A stretch of 64,000 nucleotides of DNA, from positions 26,536,001-26,600,000 of the forward strand of contig NW_025963857.1 in the NCBI RefSeq assembly GCF_023055435.1, read 5' to 3'. Shown in pieces: positions 1-13,300 of the stretch; the first letter of the stretch is position 1, and the number at the start of each line of letters is the position of its first letter. The notes under the pieces were generated by a model that was not told where the DNA came from, searched no databases, and saw only the letters and a program-made list of their open reading frames with translations. The stretch is from Haliotis rufescens. Taxonomy: Eukaryota. The position numbers and the translations under genes were made by a program.

Positions 1-292
1 TAATACAGAGTACATTGTCAACAGGTAAATATGGTTATACAGAGTACATTGTCAACAGGTAAATATGGTAATACAGACTACATTGCAAACAGGTAAATAT
101 GGTTATACAGAGTACATTGTCAACAGGTAAATATGGTTATACAGACTAGATTACTGGCTTATAAAGTTAGTTATATAGACTACATTGTCAATAGGTAAAA
201 TCGTTGTGTAGACTAGATTGTCAACAGGAAACATTAGCCATACAGACTACGTTGTCGGCTGATATGGTCAGTTATATAGACTAGATTGTTAA
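1..292. repeat. 34-bp tandem repeat (TACAGAGTACATTGTCAACAGGTAAATATGGTTA), about 8 copies decaying rightwards; runs off the window
   Basis: Direct reading: CAGAG recurs at 6 and 40, and the period continues to about 290. Confidence 0.85.
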
Positions 293-740
293 CAAGAAAA
301 TTGTAAATCAATCAATATATGCTGAGCGACAAAAGAAAGTTTTTTGTTTTTATGTACATGACAATTGAGAGACGTGTTGTGAATATCTGTTTAACCATCA
401 CTCTTTCCTGTAATAGTTTGAAGTAAGTAATCTGTGGCTGGGTAGTGTTGTGTAAAAATAAATTGGTTCAATGAATACGGGGTGAGAAATGAATTTGCGA
501 TGATATAACCACTACCTTGTTTAAATACTGTAATTTTGTGCCGAAAAAAATGCAAATGTACCAAATCAGCAGTTGTATGTTGCCAACTTTTTAATGTTAT
601 ATAAGGTTTAAATCAAATTATATTTATGTGGAAGAATTCTTTGAGTGCTGCCGGTTTCATGTGAACTTGTTCGTTAGATTATTATTCATTAAGCGTCTTG
701 TTATTCTAACCGCCCCGAAAAACCTGGGGAATCCGTGTTA

Positions 741-1471
741 GGGCTCAGTCAGGATTTTTACTGCGGTCCCTGATAGGACCATTCCCGATTAAAATTTGTC
801 AAACGTCTGATCAAGATCCTGTGATTCGTGGCGAGAAATTCACAAACAATCAGATATTGTTCAGGAAGCGTCTCGATTCAGCCGTTTACAGCCGAATTCG
901 TTCCGATTCTCCCGTTCTCAATCCGAATCTGATCCGATTTGTATCTTCCGCATGGTAACAAACGACCGAATCTGTCCTGACAGCGTCCCGATTCTCCCGA
1001 ATGCGATCCGACAGAGATCAGACAGTGACCGGAGAGTGAACCGACAAAGACGGTTCGCATTCGGCAAGATCTGGACGCAATCTGGACAAGAAACGTCAAT
1101 GAACAATTCATGCCCGTTCATCACGACAGCGTCCCGATCCACAGAACACCGTCCAGACAACACAAGACATTGTTACGAGTTTGATCCGATACAGCAGAAT
1201 CTGTCACGACATAGTCACGATTGTAATCCGACTAGACAAAATCGAGTTTCGCGAATGTTACGGGACGAACCATACTGTCGGGAGTGCTTGGCCGACCTCT
1301 CTGGACCTTTCCCGATCCATAGGATTCTTATACGAACGTGTACGGCTGCGGTCAAACAATGACAGGACATTCAAGATCATTGAGGATAGTAATCCGACTT
1401 TTTTACTTTTCGTGTCGTAGCGCGGTCTGATCTCAAACGAGAGCCATAATCGGCACTGTGTGAACCTGGCC
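741..1471. mobile_element. Non-autonomous DNA transposon (PIF/Harbinger-like MITE) inserted into a degenerate family-A SINE
   Basis: TTA on both sides (738-740, 1472-1474); right end GTGTGAACCTGGCC; the flanks rejoin into a SINE-A head; partial inverted copy at about 46957-47198. Confidence 0.6.
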
Positions 1472-1604
1472 TTAAAATTGGTCCCCAGCAACATGTGCTG
1501 GTCGTAAGAATGAATCGGGAGGTCAGGCAGTTTAACGCCGCACTCCGCAATATGCGAGCAATACGACGGTGGTCTGTAATTTAGTAACACTGACTCTATT
1601 TCAG

Positions 1605-1673
1605 GCTGACGACTGCGACATCTACGGCTGCAGCATCTACAGCGACCCCAACAGCCCCGAAGGCCTCAGCATG
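1605..1673 (+). CDS. PLCG: PLC-gamma exon, SH2-SH3 linker with Tyr motifs ([23 protein letters not shown])
   Basis: ttcag/gtaaat boundaries; in phase with the SH3 exon. Confidence 0.7.
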
Positions 1674-4600
1674 GTAAATTATTATTTTGATATGGTAATG
1701 TGGCTGTTAACCTTCTAGCGCCTCATACCCGTGAAGATTCCGGGGTAGAATAGGTCTTCAGCAACCCATACTTGCCGTAAAAGGCGACTATGCTTGTCGT
1801 AAAAGGCGACTAACGGGATCGGGTGGTCAGGCTCGCTGACTTGGTTGATACATGTCATCGATCCCAATTGCGTAGATCTATGCTCATGAAGTCAAACACT
1901 GGATTGTCTGGTCCAGACTCGATTATTTTACAGACCGCCGTCATACAGCTGGAATATTGCTGATTGCGGCGTTAAACAACAAACAAACAAACAAATCTAG
2001 CGCCTCATAGACAGCTTGGGTTGAACATCAAGTGCACACTGATCCACGGACCGGCGTAATAATGTAGCTCTTTGATAACCCTTTAGGGCATAGATTTCGC
2101 GCATTATAGAAATCCACATAATTATTCAACAAATATGCACATTACCTCAAGCATCAGTCAGTCGCATCCCGATCATGTTTCTCTTCATTTTCTATAACAA
2201 ACCACACAAGGTCAAGGTCATTTTATAATAAGACAAATGGAATACAAACAACAACAACGGCAGCCTCTGGTTGGGAGGGTTGGTTAACGTACACCACTTT
2301 GCTTAAAACGTTAAATTAAAGGAACAGCAAACCGCAAATGTGCGTCTAACTACCACTTGTATGTTAATTTATCACACGATGCATCCTCAATTTCTGTTAG
2401 AAGGGAAAATAAATCATAAACAGGGTTATGTTTCATAAAAGAAGTAATATTTGATCAACAGTGAGTATGAAAGTTGTATCCCATATTTACATATCTGAAA
2501 ACGAATATATTTAAAGTACCTTTTATATCCACTCATGTGATAAAGTAATTTCGTTCACGTGACTATCATACATGTATATGTCATACTATTTACACACATA
2601 TATATATGCTGATGTAATAAATAGTTGAAGTGTTTCTACCTATGCTTGAGGACATGGGTAGCCAAGTAGTGTAAGGTGTATCTCAGCTACAAGTTTGAAT
2701 CCTAGATACACCCGAAAATGAGCATGGTTTGTCAGAACCCTGCCCGATTTATTTACATTACCATGGTTACCAGGTGAAGGTGAAGGCCCTGTACGACTTC
2801 CGGGGTAACCAGTGTGACCAGATGACCTTCCGCAGGGGGGCGCTCATTACGAATGTCAAGGAGGAGGATTGTCCATGGTAAGTTGATTTTAACTGAATCC
2901 AGTCCTTATGATAATAATAATCATCATCATCCAGTGTATTAAATCGCAGTTCTACTATGATAAATACCATTGACCCATTCGCTCCCATAGCTTCGATTTG
3001 AGCCCGATTCGATCAGAATAACGCTAAAAATAGCCGTCCAATCAAATTATTCCCAAGAGCGATTATAGTCTGTGTTAGTTAGAGATGGAAATCAAAGTGG
3101 CGAATTGGTCCAGGCTATTAATAAAAATATATAGAGATATAACACAGTGGGTAATTTGCCAATTAGGACATTGATACCAACTCCAACTTTTATGGTAAAA
3201 TCATCGAGTGTTAATGCTTCAAGGTAAGGTGAAATGGGGTTTAACGTCGTGTTAAAGATTATTGTACTTATATAGCGACGTGCATGCATGTGTGTGTGGG
3301 TGTGTGTGGGTGCTTGTATTTGTCCAGACTTATGCCGATTTCATAGTGCTAGCCCTCGGAGAAGCAATGTCGCAGTTTACCATGAATACCCCACCCAGAC
3401 ACAGTACACTGACTCCGAGCCACCCAGTCCTTCTTTAAGCCCCGAAATGCCGAGCGCCAGGCGTGGTAACATCACTTACGAACTTTAAACTTCTTTTGGT
3501 ATGACGTGACCGGGGATCGAAGCACCGACCTTCCGCTCTCCAGACAGACGCTCTACCCACTTGACCACGGAGGTGGTTTTAATGTTTCAAGAGAGATAAA
3601 CGTCTAATAGTGTGAGAGTCAAGCAGTGTGTGAATCAAACAAAGTAAGAGTGTATTGTGATCGTAGTGATTACCCCCCTCAGGTGGAGGGGAGACCTCGG
3701 AGACATGCGACAGCTTCTGTTTCCGGCCAATTACGTGGAGGTCATCCCGGAGAAGGAAGACGATAAGACAGACCTCGAGAAGGAGAGCGGCATCATAGAC
3801 CTCGCAGGCGGCATCGTTGGTAGGTACACCCACTGCAGGTAACATGAGTGTGGTTTTACGCCGTTTGTAGCAATATTGCAGCCGTATCAGGGCATCGATC
3901 ACAAGAAGAGCTTTACACATTGTACACATATTGGGACTCGAACTCAGACCATCGGCGTTACAAGCGAACACTTTACCCATGAGGCTACATGTGTTGTATC
4001 ATTACCCAATATGGATGAGCAGTCGAACCCCGTTGTCTCGAACTCCTCGGGACCAGACAGTTTTAATTGGGATTCGACACTTCCGGCTGGGTCTTAATTA
4101 CGACCTTTCCTCGCTATCAGACAGCAGACAGCAAACGTACATATGGTGCATGTTAGGTGCATTACATGTTTACAATAAGAACTAAAGCAGTAGAATTTGT
4201 CATATCTCCTGCATGCATCTACATCATTTTATTAAAATCATACAAACTCCAACTTATGCCAAGTTGCCCGTTGAACTCTTGGGAATATAAGATCAACAGT
4301 TCCAGTAAAAGTGTAGTGGGACCGGACTGTGAGTTCGACACAAACGGAGCACAGTTCCAGTTCTACATACCCGAGTTAAAATAGTGGTAAAAGTGTAGTG
4401 GGACCGGACTGTGAGTTCGACACAAACGGAGCAACAGTTCCAGTTCTACATACCCGAGTTAAAATAGTGGTAAAAGTGTAGTGGGACCGGACTGTGAGTT
4501 CGACACAAACGGAGCAACAGTTCCAGTTCTACATACCCGAGTTAAAATAGTTGTAAAAGTGTAGTGGGACCGGACTGTGAGTTCGACACAAACGGAGATT

Positions 4601-7600
4601 CGACACATCCGAGGTCAAACGGAGTTTGACGGTATATTCTATGTTTAGCGGATGACGAGGGCCCAGCCAATTAAACCCAATGCTGGCCTGGCTGCCCTGG
4701 TATAAGTTCATACTCCCGACAGCAAGGACGATGTTCTTGCATAATCCGTATCACATATTGAAGACCAAAATGAAATATTTAAAAGTGTATTTAGTTGAAA
4801 TATCACGTATTGTGGTATACATTGTTGCTTATATTTCCTTGAAAGAACGTGGGATGATGTCTCTACACAACATTCCACTACTGTCACTTCCAAAGCAATG
4901 AATCAATAATTCAATTTTTGGATACAAAACGTATTTCTTTTATGCTAAACAATATGGGTGTTTTTCAGAAATATCTCGGCAGGTTGAAGACAAAAAGAAT
5001 GTTCTCAATATATTCAGCAACAAGACAGCCAAGCCTTTCATCATCGGCTTCGATCACCATCGAGAAATGGCGGACTGGGGTGACGCTATAAGAAGCAATG
5101 TTGCGGCACTAGAAAACAGAGTACGTTCATTATTATTATCACCATTTTATATTATGTTGATGGTTTTATTAGACAATGAATTTGATGCTGTACTACAAAG
5201 TTACACCCCTGGCGAGATGTATGACCTCTCAAAATACAGGGTGGGGTGGAGGTGATGGGAGGGTGGGGAGAAGGTGATGAGTAGGTGGGGTGGAGGTGAT
5301 TGATGGATGGGGTTGATGTGATGATGGATGGGGTGGAGGTGATGTGGGGTGATGGGTGGATGGGGTTGAGGTGATGGAAGTTGGGGCGGAGGAGATAGGG
5401 GTGGAGAGGAGGAGATAGGAGGGTTGGGAAGGAGGTGATGGGTGGATGGGGAGGACGTAATGATGGCTGGGTGGGTAGAGGTGATGGGAGGATGGAGATG
5501 AGGTGATGGGTTGTTGGTGGGAAGGTGATGGGTGGATGGTGAGGAGGTGACGGGTGGGTGGTGAGGAGGTGATTATTGGTGGGTGGGGAGGTGGTGATGG
5601 GTGGATGGTGATGAGGTGATGGGTGGGAGGGGAGGAGATGATGGGTGGGTGGGGAAGAGGTGATGGGTGGGTGGGGAGGAGGTGATGGGTGGTTGGTGAT
5701 GTGGTGATGTCTGGGCGGGGAGGAGATGATGGCTGGGTGGGGAGGAGATGATGGCTGGGTGGTGATGAGGTGATGGGTGGGTGGTGATGAGGTGATGGGT
5801 GGGTGGGGAGGGGATGATGGCTGGGTGCTGATGAGGTGATGGGTGGGTGGGGAGGTGGTGATGGCTGGGTGGGGAGGAGATGATGGGTGGATGGTGAGGA
5901 GGTGATGGGTGAGTGTTGGTTGAGGAGGTGATGGGATGGTCGGAGGAGGTGATGATTAGTGGGTGGGGAAGAGGTGATGGGTGGGTGGTGAGGAGATGAT
6001 GGGTTGGTGGTGAGGAGGTGATGGGTGGGAGGGGAGGAGGTGATTGCTGGGTGGTGATGAGGTGGTGATGAGGTGATGGCTGGGTGGGGAGGAGATGATG
6101 GGTGGGTGGGGAGGAGGTGATGGCTGGGTGGGGAGGAGGTGATGGGAGGGTGGGGAGGAGGTGGTGGCTGGGTGGGGAGGAGATGATGGCTGGGTGGGGA
6201 GGAGGTGATGGCTGGGTGGGGAGGAGGTGATGGCTGTGTGGGGAGGAGATGATGGCTTGGTGGGGAGGAGATGATGGCTGGGTGGGGAGGAGGTGATGGG
6301 TGGGAGGGGAGGAGGTGATTGCTGGGTGGTGATGAGGTGGTGATGAGGTGATGGCTGGGTGGGGAGGAGATGATGGCTGGGTGGGGAGGAGGTGATGGCT
6401 GGGTGGGGAGGAGGTGATGGGAGGGTGGGGAGGAGGTGGTGGCTGGGTGGGGAGGAGATGATGGCTGGGTGGGGAGGAGGTGAAGGGTGGTTGAGGAGGA
6501 GGTGATGGCTGTGTGGGGAGGAGATGATGGCTTGGTGGGGAGGAGATGATGGCTGGGTGGGGAGGAGATGATGGCTGGGTGGGGAGGAGATGATGACTGG
6601 GTGGTGATGAGGTGATGGGTGGGTGGGGAGGAGGTGAAGGGTGGGTGGGGAGGAGATGATGGCTGTGTGGTGATGAGGTGATGGGTGGTTGGTGATGTGG
6701 TGATGTCTGGGCGGGGAGGAGATGATGGCTGGGTGGGGAGGAGATGATGGCTGGGTGGTGATGAGGTGATGGGTGGGTGGGGAGGAGGTGAATGGAGGGT
6801 GGGGAGGAGATGATGGGTGGGTGGGGAGGAGGTGATGGCTGGGTGGGGAGGAGGTGATGGGAGGGTGGGGAGGAGGTGGTGGCTGGGTGGGGAGGAGATG
6901 ATGCCTGGGTGGGGAGGAGGTGAAGGGTGGTTGAGGAGGAGGTGATGGCTGTGTGGGGAGGAGATGATGGCTGGGTGGGGAGGAGATGATGGCTGGGTGG
7001 GGAGGAGATGATGGCTGGGTGGGGAGGAGATGATGACTGGGTGGTGATGAGGTGATGGGTGGGTGGGGAGGAGGTGAAGGGTGGGTGGGGAGGAGATGAT
7101 GACTGGGTGGGGAGGAGATGATGACTGGGTGGTGATGAGGTGATTGGTTGGTGGGGAGGAGGTGAAGGGTGGGTGGGGAGGAGATGATGGCTGTGTGGTG
7201 ATGAGGTGATGGGTGGTTGGTGATGTGGTGATGTCTGGGCGGGGAGGAGATGATGGCTGGGTGGGGAGGAGATGATGGCTGGGTGGTGATGAGGTGATGG
7301 GTGGGTGGGGAGGTGAAGGGTGGATGGGGAGGAGGTGAATGGAGGGTGGGGAGGAGGTGATGGGAAAGTTGGAGGAGGTGATTGGGAGATGCTGATGCTG
7401 AGGGTGATCATGAGTGACAGTAAATGTATCAATTTATTTTGAATATTAATTATCATGCTACATATTTGGATACAGCTTACAATAATGTATTTTTACTAAA
7501 TAATTCGAACTGATTTGCGGTGCACGCCTCCAAGATTTCATACAGGGGTAACATGACGGGGGGTCCGTGAGTGTGTCTGTCTGCCGTAGGACCTGGCTTA

Positions 7601-10256
7601 AGTTGGGATCACGTGGTCGGGCTCTGTGACATGGATCGTTGCTCCTGCTTTTAACCTCTAGTTTTTCCGGCCCAGTGCAATTACAGGCTGCGAGTTAATG
7701 CTGGAATATTGCTACATGTGGCGTATCTATTCACTCTCTCGCTCACTATGCATCTTTTTTCTTTAGGATCGTAAGCGGTCTGTACAGGAGGGTATAGACA
7801 ATAGAGCTGCAGAATTGTCGGACCTCGTCGTCTACTGTCGAGCTGTGGCCTTCGACACAAAGAGTAGGTTGCTCTTAATGTTGCATAATTAAGAGGTACT
7901 CAGCCCTTTTCCATTAAACAGATGAATAAAGTCGAACCGTCGATTATAACAAACACCATCCAAACCATTTGGGACGCTTTTTCATATTTTCTACTTCAAA
8001 TCTACATGTGTATTCCAGTTCTAGCTATGACGTTCACACTGAAATACTATTCGTAAATTTGCTAGACGCCCGGCAGGTACAAGTACGAAAATAACAGAAG
8101 TTACTTCATTTCAATATCTGTACGTGCACTCGGGAACCTATAGTGATTCTACGATAGTCCCCCAAAACCTGTGCTGATTGGAAAAGGCGAAAAGGTATCT
8201 TACGTGCCTGGGGTTTCCTCCTCAAACACGGTGTCCTTAAGTCTGACTTCATTTAAACCCGTGGGGGATTCTGGGTATGTTCCAGCATTCCGAGGTGCAT
8301 ATGTATGTTTGCCGTCAGAGGCGACTTAATGAATCGGCTGGTCAGGCTCGGTAATTGCATATAATCGTATCCAATTTCCGTGGATCGATGCTCATGATGT
8401 CAATCACTGGATTACCTGGTCCAGATTATTTACAGACCGTCATATGGTTGGAATATTGTTGAGTGCGACGTTGAACAACACATATACGTGTATTCTGGGT
8501 GTTATTTCTATATAATTGAATGAGTTCTTTCTATTTTTCTAGACATTCCTGGCAGGCATTCGGAAATGTCATCTCTGTCCGAATCAAAGATTGCACAGTT
8601 TCTAACCACAGACAAAATGACAACGATAACAAAGTATCCTTCCAACAGCCCTTACGGGAATTAATGGATTACCTGTCCCGAGTGAACGAACAGACCCGTG
8701 TAGAACCGGGGTAGAATAGGTCTTCAGCAACCCATGCTTGCCGTAAAAGGCGACTATGTTTGTCGTAAGAGGCGACTAACGGGATTGGGTGGTCAGGCTC
8801 GCTAACATGCTTGATGCATGTCATCGTATCCAAATTGCGTGGATCGATGCTCATGATGGCAATCACTAGATTGTCTGGTCCAATTTCGATTAATTACAGA
8901 CCGCCGTCATATAGCTGGACTTTTGCTGCTGAGTGCATCGTAAACAACAAACAAACAAACATATACTTGGTAGTTCCCAGTTTCCAGGAGCTAATTAAAA
9001 AAAATACTCATTGATATATTAAGAGAGAAAAAACAACAACAGAGAAACTTCACTGAAGGCAACCTATTGTTCAGATGACGAAATGTAATCAATCTGTACG
9101 TCATGAACAATGCCTAACGTCATACCGGATGTTTGAAGCGCTGTGACGTCATTAGTTGACCAATCAGCGCTGAGCATAGCTAAAATGCACATGTGCAAAT
9201 ATCGGATAGTTATCACACACGATCATTTTATCGTCATGTATAATATAACAGTCTGTGTCCATATATTTCCTTAACGGTACAAGTTACAACTGTTATCAGC
9301 TCAGTAGAATCTACCCGAAAGCCTTACGAATCGCGTCGGATAATTACGATCCTGTCCCGATGTGGACAAGTGGTTGCCAGATGGTTGCCCTGAACTACCA
9401 GACCCCTGACAAACCCATGCAGCTCAACCAGGGCTGGTTCCGACAAAATGGAAAGTAAGGTCATCTTTGGTTTACTCGCGAAACTGAAGACATTCATGCT
9501 ACCCGAGACATTGTGAATTCTAAAACATAATGCAATTTCTCGGACAATTCTTTAATTCAATTTCTTCGCCTGTTTTAAAAATAATAATTTGTTGCAGAAA
9601 AGATTGTGAAAAAAGATAATTTTCGTGAATGTTCTGAACAATTAGGAGATAAACATACTGTGTTTTCAATGTAGAGCTAGGTTACCTGTAGATTTAACCC
9701 CGCTAAATTGAATTTGGAACCGAACACGCCGCTTTCTCATTGGTTTTGTAGAAACGACAGGCATGGGTGACCTTGTCCGTCTTAGGTGCTACAATTCGAT
9801 GTGCAGAGTTGCTTCCCTTAGACGTGTCAGAAACCTATGATCGTGGGTACGATTTTCGGTTCGCGCTGATTATGTTTTTAAGCTTCACAGAGCCAACCCC
9901 TTCTTGTGGGTTTTACCAAAGTGGTAAACGTCTAAGACCTACATGGATTCTGGTTTTCCACCCATACCAAGCGGACATCCGTGATAAAAATTGAAATAGT
10001 GTTCAAAGCAGCGTTTGACCAATTTCACTCACCCACTTAAACACTCACTGACCGACTTCAACTCTTACACTGCAGGTGTGGATACGTGTTGAAGCCCCCG
10101 TGTATGAGGGAGGCTTACTTCAACCCCTTTGATTTGAGGACCCTGTCCACAGTCCCGAAACTCAGCTTGACTATAACAGTAAGTGGGGTCTACCAACATA
10201 ATTAAATCAAGGTGAAGCGCAACTTTCGATTCGACATATCAGTTGGTGCATCATCA

Positions 10257-10300
<44 letters not shown>

Positions 10301-13300
10301 TACAGATTAATTTTTTTTTTTTTAAATGCAGCAAAGAGGGTGTGGGTGATCCTATTAACCTCTCATAACAGGTGCATTTGCTCAAACAAAATGGCTGCGC
10401 CCAGTCAAGACGATCTGATCTGATCGATAATGAAGATCTATATTGTAATAAAGCTGGGCTTACTTCGCGAAGTGCATCAAATCACTGGAGCACCTTGATT
10501 AAAAACATGAAAAGATTTGGAAAATATCTGTCGACGCCTAGTAGGCAAGTCCTGAACGTTGAAATCCATGTTGTTTACGAACCGGATGTTCAGTTCGTTT
10601 CTTGATTTTTTAGACCAGCCAAAATATAACTCCATAATTCCAGCCTATTTCGACAAGGATGGAAACTGGATTTAAGATCTCTGGACCGTGGCATAAAGCA
10701 ACACTCGCATATGTCTAAATGTATTTCCAGATACACTGCGGCAGACTGTTAACGGTCGGAGCTTGTCTGAGACCCTTCATTGGGATGGAAGTGATGGGAA
10801 TCCCTATAGACAACAAGAGAATCAGGACCGGTCTACGAGAAGGTAGGGCAAACGTCCAGTGCCTTTTTATTGTGTAAGTAAGGAGTGGTCGGATAGCCTA
10901 GTGGTTAAAGCGTTCGCTCGTCACACCGAAGACCCGGGTTCGATTCCCGACATGGGTACAATGTTTGAAGCCCATTTCTGGTGTCCCCCGCCGTGATATT
11001 GCTGGAATATTGCTAAAAGCGGCGTAAAACCATACTCACTCACTCACTATTGTGTAAGTAAAATAATAATGAAAACCCGAACATGGATATATTGTGGATA
11101 GACTATGATCATTATTAGGAAGAGGGGACTTAAGTCCATGGTAAGCGGAACCTGCAACCGATAGGGGACACAACTCTATGCCTTTTACTACAGGGCCGCA
11201 AGTATCCATTTAGGTTTGCTGATGAAATCGGTAGAGTGTATACATAACATCTTTGTCCATTTTGAGACTTGAAGAAATCAAAATCAGGTAAAAACGTGTT
11301 TATCATGTTTATGTGTTTACATATGACATATATTGTGCGTAGGTAACGTGATAAAATTGGAACCTACAGTCAGCGATCCCTAGCACGCAAAGGGACATAA
11401 CTCTCAGCTGTAAAGCGTGAATCATGAATATATAACATCATATGATCTCTTGTTTAACCCGCATCCATCATTAATACAGTTATGTTTACTTTATTATTTC
11501 TGTTTTATTATTTCATTTAAGTAAACAACGGCCTGACGCCAGTATGGGAGGATGAAACTCACGTCCTTGACATTGTGTGCCCACCAATGGCCTTGCTGAG
11601 GTTTGAGTTGTGTTCAGACAACGAGGTGATTGACCAGAAGGTTCTTGCACAAGCTACGATCCCAGTGTTAGCTCTCAGGGCAGGTAAGAAACGGTTCCTC
11701 TCAGAGACACACACCGTGAAGATCCGGTTAAGAATTGGTCCTCAGCAGCCCATGCTTGTCGGAAGAAGCAACGAATGGGATCGGGTGGTCAGGCTCGGAG
11801 ACAGGTTGATGCATATCCATCCCAATTGCGTGGATCTATGCTCATGCTGTCAATAATTGGAGCGTCGGGTCCAGACTCGATTATTTACAGACCGCCGTCA
11901 TGTAGCTGGAATATTGCTGAGAGCGGCAAATGTAAGTGTCCTACTGGTATCATTTTCGTCCTTTTATCTAAAATATCTTCGCCAGTATAGTATGGCAAGG
12001 GGACCTTTTTATGAACATCTTCACAACTAGATGACGTAAACACACCCAGCATTACAATTCCCCCTTGCATTACAATTAGCTTTGCTCGGTTACTTTCGCT
12101 TAAATTATTTCTAGTACCTTAATGCAAGATACGATAAATGGTCAGGCTTGATAACTTGGTCAATTTAGTGTCACTGTACCCCATGTACGTGGATCGTTTT
12201 TCAAAATATCAATCACTGGTTTGGCGACTAACGGAATCGGGTGGTCAGGCTCGCTGACTTGGTTTGATACATGTCATCGTATCGCAATTGCGTGGATCGA
12301 TGCTCATGATGTCAATCACTGGAGTGTCTGGTCCTCACTCGATTATTTACAGATCGCCGTCATATAGTTGGAATATTGCTGAGTGCGGCGTTAAACAACA
12401 AACAAACAATCACTGGTTTGTTTGGTCAGGACAAGATTAGTGACACGCTGCCGTTATGTAGCTAGGATATTGCCAAGTAGAACGTTAAACACAGCGCAAA
12501 ACAAACAAACAAACAAAACACTCACTCACTGTCTTACCTCCAGGTTTTCGCAGTGTGCCTTTACAGAACGCCTCCAGTGAGAACCTACCGTTGTCCTCCC
12601 TTCTCATACATCTTGCCATCAACGACACAGAGGTAACTTGTGCACAGTTTTCACCATTGTTTGATATTAGAGGGAGTTACATTTGGTAGTATATTTTTTA
12701 ACTTGCCAAGCAATAGTGAGTATGGTTTTTCGCCGCTTTTAGCAATATTCCAGCAATATCACGGCGGGGGACACCAGAAATGGGTTTCACACATTGTACC
12801 AATGTCGGGAATCGAACCCGGGTCTTCGGCGTGACGAGCGAACGCTTAAACCACTAGGCTACCCGACCGCCCCTGCCCAGCAATAATGCAGCTACATTGT
12901 ATCTGACGATACATATAAATAGCAAATATTTATCTGTTGATTTGATCATTATGTAGGTATAGTATTACATTAGTCTCAAATGAACCATCAATCAATGAAT
13001 TCATGTTAAGTTCTGTAAAAAACAACAACAAGCAGACAAATGACAATATAGTGGAAGAACGTTGTATATTCAAGACCGTGAAGTATTAATGATGGGCGTC
13101 ATAAAAGCCACAACGTACTTTACCTTCTTTACCACAGATTATATATTTAGCCTTATTTTCGTCACGGTAGAATAGACATACATGTTATCATTGTTTTCAG
13201 TTTTGAGTAATGTAATGTGATAGTCACGGGAATGAGTGAAACTAGTAACTCTGTTTCAATATGTATTCATGTATAACCTATGGGATTCAATAGACATACA

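Noticed and set aside
878-1420. ORFs of 77-136 aa
   Set aside because: They lie in a multi-copy MITE and show no recognisable domain
5573-7456. 627-aa Pro/His/Ser-rich 'extensin-like' ORF
   Set aside because: The DNA period is 22 nt, so the 22-aa protein repeat just cycles through three frames; the C-rich strand lacks stop codons by composition
10882-10955. tRNA genes here and at other A/B-box sites
   Set aside because: They are SINE heads with bodies, tails and TSDs
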